The translations under genes and the position numbers were made by a program. From Clostridiales bacterium DTU072 (GTDB lineage: Bacteria > Bacillota > Clostridia > Christensenellales > DTU072), in contig LFSG01000004.1 of NCBI GenBank assembly GCA_001512685.1, positions 1 through 46,495 of the forward strand: a stretch of DNA of 46,495 bases. The letters run 5' to 3'. The notes beneath the pieces were generated by a model that worked only from the letters and a program-made list of their open reading frames with translations, was not told where the DNA came from and searched no databases. This document shows, piece after piece, positions 38,601 to 46,495 of the stretch (within the stretch, counting starts at the first letter, position 1; each line of letters opens with the position of its first letter).

Positions 38601-41600
38601 TTGGCAATTGTTGAAGGCTCTGGCTCCTAAAAGCTTAAGGCTTTTGGGAAATTCTATGGTATTCATGGCTTGATTGTGCTGGAAGGCGTACGCGCTGACG
38701 GTTTCCAATATGCTGTCGGCGGGGAAAACGGCGTTCCTTAAATTCATCATGTTGTTTTCAAGGCCCGCGAAAGCAAACATGCCTATGTGTCTTAATCTGC
38801 GCGGCAAGCTGATTGTCTCTAAGGAAACGCACAATTGGAAAGCGTAATTGCCTATTGAGGTAAGCAGGCTGTTGGAGCCGAAATTCACATTCCGCAAAGC
38901 CTTGCATTCGTAGAAAGCGTATTCTCCTATTTCTTGCACGCTGTCGCTTATATTAATTGTGGTCAGCGCCGAACAATTATAGAAAGCGTAATCGGATATT
39001 TTAGTGATGCCTTGAGGCAAGGTAATTATTTGCAATATGGAATTGTAGCTGAAGGCGTTGGGGGCGATTTCTTTTACCTTCAATCCCCGCAATGTAACGG
39101 GAATGGCAAGATTTGAGCCAATATCCGCAAGTCCAATATATTTGACTATGCGGCAGCTGTTCGGATCTCCCGGCAATACTTCGATTATGAAGTTTTCTAC
39201 AGAAAGGGAGAAGCTCTTTATATTCGCGGCGTGCCCCCTCCACAGCGGATTTTGTTTGTAAATGAAATCCATTGAGCTGCTTACGAAGAATTCCAAATTC
39301 GGGGAGGTGTTTTCAAAGGTGTTGTCGTATATTCTTACGATGGTAGTGCCCGCTTCGTTGAGATTAAGACCTGTCAAATACTTGTTTCCGCTGAACGCTC
39401 TCGGCCCCAATTCCCTTGTTTTATGGGATATGGCGTAGGTGGAGCCCTGTTTGCCGGCGGGGTACAGTATAAGCATTTCGTCTTCGGAGTATACTTTTCC
39501 GTCGCCGTAATCCACATTGCCGGTGTACAATACATCGTTAATGGTTCGATAATAAGGATTGTTTATGTCCACATTAAGCATGGAAAGATTATTGCATCCG
39601 TAAGCGGGCGCGTCGCCGATTAAGGAAACCATCTTCAGCGACAGCGAGGTCAAGCCGGCGCAATCGGCAAATACATAACTGCCCAGCGTATACTCGTCGT
39701 CGCTTGTTATTTCCACATTTTGCAGCGAAGAGCATCCATAAAAAGCCATGTCATCTATTAGAGTAACGGTGTAAGGAATGCGCATAAAGGTTATTCCTTT
39801 GCAGCCGTAAAAAGCGCCTTGCCCTATCGTCAACAAACCTTCGTTAAGGATTATGTCGGTATAGCTTGAAGTATCCTTAAAGGCATAATCGCCTATTGTC
39901 TCGACATTCAAAGGCAATTCAACCCGTCTGTCTTCGTTATACGCAAAGTAATCATATCCTACAAGCGCGCCAAATTCCATGCCGCTGTCCGCGATTTCGG
40001 CGCTTCCGATATTGCTGAACGCGCCTTCCATTATTACAGAGCAAAGCGCGCCTTCTTCAAAGCTTATCAGCACAAGATTGGGGTTGTTGCTGAAAGCGTA
40101 AGCGCCGATTTCCGTTACCCTTTTGGGTATGACGACATTTGACAAATTGGTATTTTCAAAACAGCTTTGACCTAAAATAAGCTCTTTTTGGCTGTCTTCA
40201 AAAACTAAATCTTTACGGTAAGCGATAACTTCATTGCCGCCGTCATTCATTTTGAGCGCGGCGCTGCCCAGAGAGCTGTTATAAAACGCATGGCTGTCGA
40301 TAAATACCGTTCTGGCGGGAATAACGAAGGAGTCTATGGAAGAGCAGGCGCTGAAAGCGTACTTTCCGATAGTTAAATCCATATCCCCGTCGGTGAAATC
40401 AATATTGAATATATTTTTGCAGCCGTAAAAGGCGTAATCTCCTATCAGCGTAAAATGCGCGGGAATGGTTACCTGCCTGAGTTCGTTGCATCCGATAAAC
40501 GCGCCTTGGCCCAGCGATACGCCTTCGGGATTGTAAACCGTTCCGTCCAATTCCTCAAAAACCGCTTTTTCCAGAGAGGTATTATAATAAAATACATTTT
40601 CGCCCATGGAAACAAGCCTTGACGGAATAGTGATTTCATAAACGAAATGGCAATTGTCAAACACATACGAGCCCAGCTCAAGAGGCAAGGAGCTTTGAGT
40701 GAAGTCAATGTTTTGCAAGCTTACGCACAACGAAAAAGCGTAGTCGCCCAAATACGCCAGCCGGGCGGGCAGCTCTATTTGGGCAAGCGCTGAGCATTCG
40801 GCGAACGCATGGCCTTCTATGTTCAGCGGCAGCTCGATTTCGGAAGCTTGTTCAAAAACTATATTGGTTAAACTGTAGCATTTTTCAAAAGCGCCCACGC
40901 CTATTAAGGACACCCTTTCGGGTATGGTTATTTCGGCGGCGGGGACGGCCGAAAAAGCGTAATCGCCTATGGTAAGGGCGTTTTCGTTATCCGTGTCGGG
41001 CTGCAAGGCTATTTGCCTTAGTATGGCGTTATTGTAAAAAGCAAAATTGCCTATTTGCTTTACTCTTGGAGAAATAACGACTTCGGTCAGATAATTGCAT
41101 TGAGCGAAAGCGTAATCGCCTATGCTTATTTGGGTTTCCGAAGGGGCAAAGGTAAGTCTCGTTATTCTTGAGCTGTTGAAAGCGTGAGGAGCTATGGCTT
41201 CCACATCTTGAGCGACCGCAAACGCCGTTTGTATACCGGTAGGGAACAAAGCTATTGTTTTGGGCGAAGATTTTGTATAAAGAACATTGTAGTTTCCTTG
41301 TTCCGATTGTACGGCGGTAAAATTGGGATTATCAGCGCTTACTGTAAAGAATACCAAGCTCTGGCAATTTGTGAAAGGATGGCCTTCAAAAGTGGTTACC
41401 GAATCGGGCAACACAAAATTGGTAAGCTTGGAACATCCCCTGAAGACATTGCTTTTTAATACGGTCAGCGTGGCGGCGGCCGTATTTATTACTCTCAATG
41501 AAACGCATTCGGCAAAAGCCTCTTCTTCAATAGTGGTAACATGTCTGGGGATAACCACATTGTCCAATTGCGAGCAGCCGAAGAAAGCTCTTCTACCCAC

Positions 41601-44069
41601 TATCGTGGTATTGGGGAACAATACTTGTTTTGAGGTGTCCGATTCATGGCTGGTAAGCCTTATGCAGCCTTCAAAAGCCGATTCGCCTATTATGGATATG
41701 TTGCTGTCCGACACCTGCGTGCCCGAAGATACCGTGGCAAGGTATATGCAGCCGTAAAAAGCGTAATCGCCTATCTTAATTACCGTGGACGGTATGATGA
41801 TATTGGTCAAATTTATGCAGCCATAAAAAGTGTATGGCTTGATTTCCCTTAAAACATTGTTAAGCGCCACTATGGTAACCCTTAAGCTTCTGCAATTGTA
41901 AAAAGCTTCTTCGCCTATGTCGCTCACTCTTTCGGGAACTTGAAATTGTTCAAGATATATGCAGTTCTTAAAAGCGCCTTTTCCTATGCGCTCCAGTCGC
42001 CTCACTCCCGATATGTCGGAAACAATCGCGACGGTGGTAAGCTGCATAAACAAGCTTTCGTCCTCGGGAGCGGAAAAGGCGTAATCTCCCAAGCTTATCA
42101 AGCTTGAGGGAAGATATACGGTTCTTGTGTTGTAACAGCCGTAAAACGCGTAATCTCCGATTTCGGTAAGCCTGCTTCCGTCCACATCTATTTCAAGCAG
42201 CATTTGACGGCAATTTTTGAAAGCGCCTTCGCCTATGGTAATTACCGAAGACGGTATTCTTGCCGAGGACAATAAAGTACAGTCATTAAAAGCGTAATCG
42301 CCTATCGCTTCCAGCCTGTTGCCAAAAGATATATTGCGAAGCGCCATAGGCCTGCCGTTAATTCCGCTGAAGGCGTAATCACCTATGGACAGCAGCATTT
42401 CAGGAAAGCTCCAACTTGTAAGGCTTACGCATCCCGCAAAGGCGTATTCGTTTATGTAAGTCAATTGAGAATAACCGATAAAATCAATGGTCATAAGATT
42501 GGGCATATTGTACATGCCGTAAGCTTGTATCTCGTTTGTGGCGCCCGACAAGGTTATGCGCGTAAGCATACTGTTGTTTCTGAAAGCGTTTACGCCGATT
42601 TTCGTGGTTATCAGCGGCACGCTGTAGGTCGTCGCTTTTTTGTTCGGAAAGCATATAAGAGTGGTGCCGTGGTCGGAGAATATGACGCCGTCCGTTTCCA
42701 CGTAATGGGGGTGTCCGTCTTCAACGGCGAATTCCTCAAGGCTGCTGTCTTCAAACATCTTGTAGTTTACTTCCTCAAGAGAGGCGGGAACGGTAAAGGA
42801 AGTCAAATATCGCGTTCCTTTGAAAACGGCGTCGCCCAAATGAGAAAGCCTGCTGCCTATGGGCATCAGCACATAAGAAAGACTCATTTCCACATTTGCG
42901 GGCAAATCAATGGCGGCAAAAGCCAAATCGCCGATATATTCAACGCTTTGGGGGATATATAGGCCGTTTAGGCTATGGCAATTCATAAACGCCGCGTCGC
43001 ATATCTTTTTTAAAGAAGGATTGTCCATAAAAGTAATCGACGTAAACGAAGGCGCGCCCGAAAAAGCCATCGAGCCTATGTATTCGATTGTGTCCGAGAT
43101 ATGTACGGTATTAAGGTATTCGGACTTAAATACCATGTGTCTGTCTTTTTCTTGAGGGGTGGTTAATTGGGAATAAGGCGTGTCGTAGCCTATATACTTA
43201 ACGGGCAAGCCTTCTATTTCTTCGGGGATAAGCATGTTGGTTTGATATTGCGCCACCCTTGTCAAGCCGGTTATTCTTATGGCGTTATCCGTTCCGCCCG
43301 CATAATCTGCCGTTTCGTATACAAAAAGTTCCCCGATTTCGCTTTCGCGCACCCACCACGCGTAAAGCGTGATGTCAGCCGAAGGCATGACATTGGGGAA
43401 AACATAGGGCGATGTGAATTCAGGGTCGGTAAACCAACCGCCGAAAATAAAATTATGCCGTTCGGGATTGTCGGGTTTTTGGTATGGCTGACCGCCGAAT
43501 TCAGTAACTACGATGGGAGGGGTTTGATCGTCAATAATAAAAGTCATGGTAAACGGCTTTTGGGTATACACGGCGTCAATAACGAGATCTTGCGTAACTC
43601 GGTCCAAAGGCACATTGTCCAAATCCCAGCTGCCTATATAACCCGTCCTTTCGGGAACGGAGGGAATGTGCGGCGTAAGAGGCTGGCCGTATATTATCGT
43701 CCTGTATATGTAACTGTATGAGCTTTCATTGGGCAGCTTGGCGCGAAAGGTTACCGTAAGCTCCCGCGGTAGCCACTTTGCGTATAATGTGATGCTTCTG
43801 TCCGGTACTACGCTGAAATCAAAAACCTGTGTCCTTTCCGCATCCGTATACCAGTTATCGAAATAAAACCCTTCTTTGACGGGATCGTTGGGTCTGGGCA
43901 CTGATTCCATGGAACTGTCTATGGAAATATCTCTGATGGGAGAACCGCCGTCGGTATCAAAGCTCACTTTAATTCCGCCGGCGCTACAGCCGGTAACGAT
44001 TATCATTAACACAGACGCCAACAGAAGAATAAATGTTATGCGGGACAGCTTATCGCGGTAAGAAATCAT
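35607..44069 (-). CDS. Giant (2820 aa) BspA-type LRR_5 surface lipoprotein with N-terminal InlB B-repeats
   Basis: Lipobox IVTGC; GFYFDNWY..ITLYAKW and GGWF..ITLYAWW InlB B-repeats; dozens of I.IP..V..IG..AF..C..L repeats; SD AAGGAG. Confidence 0.92.
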   Translation of the reverse strand: MISYRDKLSRITFILLLASVLMIIVTGCSAGGIKVSFDTDGGSPIRDISIDSSMESVPRPNDPVKEGFYFDNWYTDAERTQVFDFSVVPDRSITLYAKWLPRELTVTFRAKLPNESSYSYIYRTIIYGQPLTPHIPSVPERTGYIGSWDLDNVPLDRVTQDLVIDAVYTQKPFTMTFIIDDQTPPIVVTEFGGQPYQKPDNPERHNFIFGGWFTDPEFTSPYVFPNVMPSADITLYAWWVRESEIGELFVYETADYAGGTDNAIRITGLTRVAQYQTNMLIPEEIEGLPVKYIGYDTPYSQLTTPQEKDRHMVFKSEYLNTVHISDTIEYIGSMAFSGAPSFTSITFMDNPSLKKICDAAFMNCHSLNGLYIPQSVEYIGDLAFAAIDLPANVEMSLSYVLMPIGSRLSHLGDAVFKGTRYLTSFTVPASLEEVNYKMFEDSSLEEFAVEDGHPHYVETDGVIFSDHGTTLICFPNKKATTYSVPLITTKIGVNAFRNNSMLTRITLSGATNEIQAYGMYNMPNLMTIDFIGYSQLTYINEYAFAGCVSLTSWSFPEMLLSIGDYAFSGINGRPMALRNISFGNRLEAIGDYAFNDCTLLSSARIPSSVITIGEGAFKNCRQMLLEIDVDGSRLTEIGDYAFYGCYNTRTVYLPSSLISLGDYAFSAPEDESLFMQLTTVAIVSDISGVRRLERIGKGAFKNCIYLEQFQVPERVSDIGEEAFYNCRSLRVTIVALNNVLREIKPYTFYGCINLTNIIIPSTVIKIGDYAFYGCIYLATVSSGTQVSDSNISIIGESAFEGCIRLTSHESDTSKQVLFPNTTIVGRRAFFGCSQLDNVVIPRHVTTIEEEAFAECVSLRVINTAAATLTVLKSNVFRGCSKLTNFVLPDSVTTFEGHPFTNCQSLVFFTVSADNPNFTAVQSEQGNYNVLYTKSSPKTIALFPTGIQTAFAVAQDVEAIAPHAFNSSRITRLTFAPSETQISIGDYAFAQCNYLTEVVISPRVKQIGNFAFYNNAILRQIALQPDTDNENALTIGDYAFSAVPAAEITIPERVSLIGVGAFEKCYSLTNIVFEQASEIELPLNIEGHAFAECSALAQIELPARLAYLGDYAFSLCVSLQNIDFTQSSLPLELGSYVFDNCHFVYEITIPSRLVSMGENVFYYNTSLEKAVFEELDGTVYNPEGVSLGQGAFIGCNELRQVTIPAHFTLIGDYAFYGCKNIFNIDFTDGDMDLTIGKYAFSACSSIDSFVIPARTVFIDSHAFYNSSLGSAALKMNDGGNEVIAYRKDLVFEDSQKELILGQSCFENTNLSNVVIPKRVTEIGAYAFSNNPNLVLISFEEGALCSVIMEGAFSNIGSAEIADSGMEFGALVGYDYFAYNEDRRVELPLNVETIGDYAFKDTSSYTDIILNEGLLTIGQGAFYGCKGITFMRIPYTVTLIDDMAFYGCSSLQNVEITSDDEYTLGSYVFADCAGLTSLSLKMVSLIGDAPAYGCNNLSMLNVDINNPYYRTINDVLYTGNVDYGDGKVYSEDEMLILYPAGKQGSTYAISHKTRELGPRAFSGNKYLTGLNLNEAGTTIVRIYDNTFENTSPNLEFFVSSSMDFIYKQNPLWRGHAANIKSFSLSVENFIIEVLPGDPNSCRIVKYIGLADIGSNLAIPVTLRGLKVKEIAPNAFSYNSILQIITLPQGITKISDYAFYNCSALTTINISDSVQEIGEYAFYECKALRNVNFGSNSLLTSIGNYAFQLCVSLETISLPRRLRHIGMFAFAGLENNMMNLRNAVFPADSILETVSAYAFQHNQAMNTIEFPKSLKLLGARAFNNCQSLVSIILNRGADDLAITELQNDYTFAGTREELMIYVPQQAMKEYLKARYWRNITSKINSKDSLHSSYSIELINYNYNAVRVVEYLGLPLPDNKYDKSYVNDFNALETVLKLPVVTINEENKTFSHRINQSTKITDYKSYAALSAETVTVYDAFDRLHTVRIERITFVIEGVRLNKYLGDQQDISIPAVIADKPVLEIGEYCFNYKIRNVIVPEGVLSINRNAFRYCVNLNSVQLPLSLISIGNSAFYGTAVKNVSIGAELTINASRLITIGDYAFYKCVNLTSFKAPQNTDIIGNYAFSSELPHRMKLNNVEFLGVDMTSIGINAFALTDIVTVTLPNRLKTIHKGAFKNCRYLLAIYIDDDTPTSSIINLAADAQDLLEGCDYAKIYVRDYKLNYYRSSSSSWNSLVSKIFSLDMIFDGFAISVIDPDAKTAELVHYVGDEINVIVPSHINGHKIVSILPNVFNYAVKTVTVPNTVNTISANAFYKSGVEEVMFEAGSTLESIGQNAFRYTPLKSITIPISVRNIASFAFADTMLSSITFEGEDILEIEGEPVGDLVLSSNAFSNNIELIEITLPKRLRSIGDYAFHNNINLRDIALPEDGNLNIIYNYAFSHCHSLKEITIPFTVLQLMTGVFNYCTGLETVYVMRGDDGVRTSDGLTTAGPGLFNNINNSFLKIFVPRNSLTEYKNNLANWKSYGGYSESGIYNPVIYPDYILPHQFHGDFAYSILSSNSIHLTQYRGAQTDIIIPGSIEIGGINYEVRSIGRFFGNPNLKSVTMLEGYRQTISLFAFSDCVSLEKVVLPSSVETIEGYAFNNCVSLRSINLPENIKTIPTAVFQNCRSLKSIDLPSTVIAIEEAAFINCSSLLRLRLNTPGVIEGGNSMLMNTNPHLKIFVESQYLINYRQKTIWSVFANQIITHNTIFGNFAVESMPNNRVRILQYIGNVDILYIPQYIQGREVAEISVNAIIPEIGLILLPEGSEISYGEDIADKINYYEI

Positions 44070-44212
44070 GCCGACTCCTTGTAAGTTTTTTGTATAAATA
44101 AATATATTTATACAGATATAATATTACATTAGCTTTTCAATGTTTGTCAAGCCGCAAAAATTAAGTAAAGTCAAGCTTTATCCATAATTTATCTTGGGGT
44201 AAATAAGGTAAG

Positions 44213-45031
44213 CTAAAAAGTAAAGGTGTCGGGATGCGAGCCCGTTCTCAAATCGCAGTCCAGCTTGTCTATTTCCATAATGTCTTGATCGGTGAGATTG
44301 AAGTCAAAGACTTCGGCGTTTTCGATAATCCGTTCTTTATGTACGGACTTGGGAATTACTATTACGCCTTTTTGGATATGCCACCTTATTATTATTTGGG
44401 CTACCGTTTTGTTGTATTTGGATGCCAGAACTTTAAGTTTGGCGTCTTCAAGGGCTTTCCCTCTGGCCAAAGGACTCCAGCTTTGGGGCATGATATTGTT
44501 TTGTCTGCAAAACTCAAAAACTTCGTTGTTGTTGAGATAGGGATGACTTTCTATTTGATTGACGGCGGGCGTTAAATTGGTTTGAGTCATCAATGTCTTG
44601 AGATGATGGATTTGAAAATTGCTTACGCCGATGGCTCTGATTTTTCCTTCCGAGCGCAGCTCTTCCATGACCTTGTAAGAATTTACAAATTCTTCTTTAA
44701 CCGGCCAATGGATGAGGTAAAGGTCCAAGTAGTCGGTGTTGAGCAAAGACAGCGATTTTTCCAAAGCTTGTCTTACTCTGCGTTTTCGCATGTCGTCCGT
44801 CCACAGCTTGGAGGTGATGAAGACTTCTTCGCGGTCAATTCCGCTGTCTCTGACAGCTTTGCCTACCGCTTCTTCGTTTTGGTAATAGGAAGCGGTATCG
44901 ATGTGGCGGTATCCCGCTTCCAGAGCGTGTCGCACCGCTCTGTAGGTATGAATTCCGGATTTGAATACGCCCAGTCCAATTATGGGTATTTCCACTCCGT
45001 TATTGAGCGTTTTTGTGGTATTGATATCCAT
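44213..45031 (-). CDS. Aldo/keto reductase (YvgN/glyoxal reductase-like)
   Basis: GYRHIDTA..Y, FITSKLW, DLYLIHWP, AIGVSNF, IPKS. Confidence 0.94.
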   Translation of the reverse strand: MDINTTKTLNNGVEIPIIGLGVFKSGIHTYRAVRHALEAGYRHIDTASYYQNEEAVGKAVRDSGIDREEVFITSKLWTDDMRKRRVRQALEKSLSLLNTDYLDLYLIHWPVKEEFVNSYKVMEELRSEGKIRAIGVSNFQIHHLKTLMTQTNLTPAVNQIESHPYLNNNEVFEFCRQNNIMPQSWSPLARGKALEDAKLKVLASKYNKTVAQIIIRWHIQKGVIVIPKSVHKERIIENAEVFDFNLTDQDIMEIDKLDCDLRTGSHPDTFTF

Positions 45032-45052
45032 AAAGCCGCCTCCAATTTGAAT

Positions 45053-46081
45053 TTACAGCGTATTGGTAATCTTGTTTAATCCTCTCGGCTTATCGGGATT
45101 AAGGGATAAGCTTTGGGCGGTGAAAGCCGCATAGGACTGCAAAGCCGTGATATACAAGTAAATCTCCGAATTTTTATCGACGGAAGGCATTTCCAAATAA
45201 TAGTCGCTCAGCGCCATAATTTCTTTTATGTCCGTGAAGGCGATTAGCTCGGCGTTATCGCTTTTTAGGCGGTGCGCTATTTTGATAAAATCCTGAGCGT
45301 AGTCTCCGCTTGGAGCAAGCAACAATACCGTTCTGCCTTTTTCGACAAGGGCGTAAGGGCCGTGAGCGAATTCAGCCACAGAATAGCTTCGGGAGAACTT
45401 ATAGCAGGTTTCCAGCAGTTTAAGGCTGAGCTCGTCCGCAAAGGGCAGGGTGATGCCTCTTGACAACACAATCATGTTATTCATGTTTTTTGTCTTTTGG
45501 GCAAGAGCTTCAATATGGGCGATATTTTTGATATATGCGCATATATCGTTGGCGATTTTGTCAAAGTCGGGAGCCTCTTCTCCGCCCAATCTGCATGCCA
45601 GCAGGTGCAGGTTGGCTATTTGTAAAGTAAAAGTCTTGGTGGCGGCCACGCTTTTTTCCTCTCCGCAATTCAAATAAATGTGATGGTCGCAAAGCTTGGC
45701 AAGTGGAGAGGACGGATAGTTGGTAACGGCGACGGTAATCGCTCCGCATTCTTTGGCGGTTTGCATAACCTTAAGAGTGTCATGGCTTGTGCCGCTTTGG
45801 GATATGCCGATAACAAGGCTTTTTGACATGTCCACATTTTTGCCTGCTATCGTTGTTACCGAATGGTTAAACCTTGACACCATGATTCCGCTTTTTAATT
45901 CGCAAATATATTTGAAAAAAGCGGCGGCGTGATTGCTTGTGCCTCTGGCCACGGTGGTTATAAACGCTATATTTTTATTTTTTGTTTCTTGTGAAATTTT
46001 ATCGATTGTTTCAAGATTGGTTTCAATGATTTTGCCCAGCGATTTATGCGCGGACAATAATTCTTCAAGCATTAAAGACAT
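45053..46081 (-). CDS. Double-SIS-domain amino-sugar phosphate isomerase/deaminase (GlmS C-terminal/GlmD-like)
   Basis: ARGTS, ISQSG, GEEKSVAATKTF, LKLLE, EFAHGP, PRGLNKIT; no glutaminase domain. Confidence 0.88.
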   Translation of the reverse strand: MSLMLEELLSAHKSLGKIIETNLETIDKISQETKNKNIAFITTVARGTSNHAAAFFKYICELKSGIMVSRFNHSVTTIAGKNVDMSKSLVIGISQSGTSHDTLKVMQTAKECGAITVAVTNYPSSPLAKLCDHHIYLNCGEEKSVAATKTFTLQIANLHLLACRLGGEEAPDFDKIANDICAYIKNIAHIEALAQKTKNMNNMIVLSRGITLPFADELSLKLLETCYKFSRSYSVAEFAHGPYALVEKGRTVLLLAPSGDYAQDFIKIAHRLKSDNAELIAFTDIKEIMALSDYYLEMPSVDKNSEIYLYITALQSYAAFTAQSLSLNPDKPRGLNKITNTL

Positions 46082-46110
46082 AATAATTTTCTCCTTATTT
46101 CTTTATTGAT

Positions 46111-46139
46111 ATTATAGACCATAAATACTGTCATGTAAA
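46111..46139 (-). promoter_or_regulatory. sigma-A promoter of the SIS/AKR operon
   Basis: TTTACA-17nt-TATAAT on the minus strand. Confidence 0.7.
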
Positions 46140-46158
46140 CTTTTTGTCTGAAATTCGA

Positions 46159-46187
46159 TTGACAATATCCCCCTCGGCAAATATAAT
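46159..46187 (+). promoter_or_regulatory. Consensus sigma-A promoter of tRNA-Thr
   Basis: TTGACA-17nt-TATAAT. Confidence 0.88.
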
Positions 46188-46229
46188 ATTAAAAGCGACT
46201 TAAGATTATACGCCATTGCGGCGTGATAT

Positions 46230-46280
<51 letters not shown>

Positions 46281-46305
<25 letters not shown>

Positions 46306-46495
46306 CTATAAAAGACAGTCCACAAGGGCTGTCTTTTATAGTGCATATATGAGTTTGAACCCGTGACCGAGGAAAAGACGAGGAGCGACGCGTTAAGCGG
46401 ACAGTCCTGTGTGACTGTCCGTAGCCAAAGCTCGTGAGGAGTGCAAGCGAAGCGTACGACGAGGGAAAAAGGTTCAAATCCCGTCAATAGCTCCA
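46281..46495 (+). repeat. 190-bp tRNA-linked unit bounded by a 25-bp direct repeat of the tRNA 3' end, with an internal inverted T-arm copy
   Basis: GGTTCAAATCCCGTCAATAGCTCCA at 46281-46305 and 46471-46495; TTTGAACCCGTGACC (46354-46368) is the reverse complement of 46274-46288. Confidence 0.85.
46304..46343 (+). terminator. Long hairpin directly after the tRNA, probable terminator
   Basis: CACTATAAAAGACAGTCC-ACAA-GGGCTGTCTTTTATAGTG; 18-bp stem with one G-U pair. Confidence 0.7.

Noticed and set aside
35607-44069. Short recurring DNA repeats as a possible CRISPR array or DGR template/variable repeat
   Set aside because: Irregular spacing, in-frame within LRR codons, and no cas or reverse transcriptase gene in the window
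46420-46495. Second tRNA gene at the window end
   Set aside because: Only the 3' 25 nt match; there is no D-arm, anticodon arm or 5' acceptor strand

Overview
Chromosomal window from a spore-forming clostridial Firmicute (class Clostridia; inferred from spoIIR, sleB-ypeB, dpaAB, sigma-A/F/K-type promoters and secA-prfB synteny). It is mostly housekeeping and sporulation content: asparaginase, YmfI-like SDR, feoAB-fhs, yjbQ, dpaAB-asnB, ferredoxin, ilvE, yigZ, tyrS, secA, prfB, tsaD, Na/Pi cotransporter, ogt, the TIGR03915/TIGR03916 pair, a frameshifted flavin oxidoreductase, two BspA-type LRR lipoproteins (one of 2820 aa) and tRNA-Thr(GGT). The best candidate for an undescribed system is a two-gene operon (11714-14813) with a miniaturised stand-alone BREX PglX-like adenine methyltransferase translationally coupled to an Mrr-family nuclease, with no other brx genes in the window. 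Other notable signals: a 190-bp tRNA-3'-end repeat unit carrying an inverted T-arm copy at the window end, an AsnB/AsnO lacking glutaminase catalytic residues, prfB without its programmed frameshift, several apparently leaderless genes, an orphan holin-like gene, and genes missed by the ORF track (LRR lipoprotein at <1-1482, a 46-aa peptide, a ferredoxin). All family assignments come from motif recognition by eye, not database searches.
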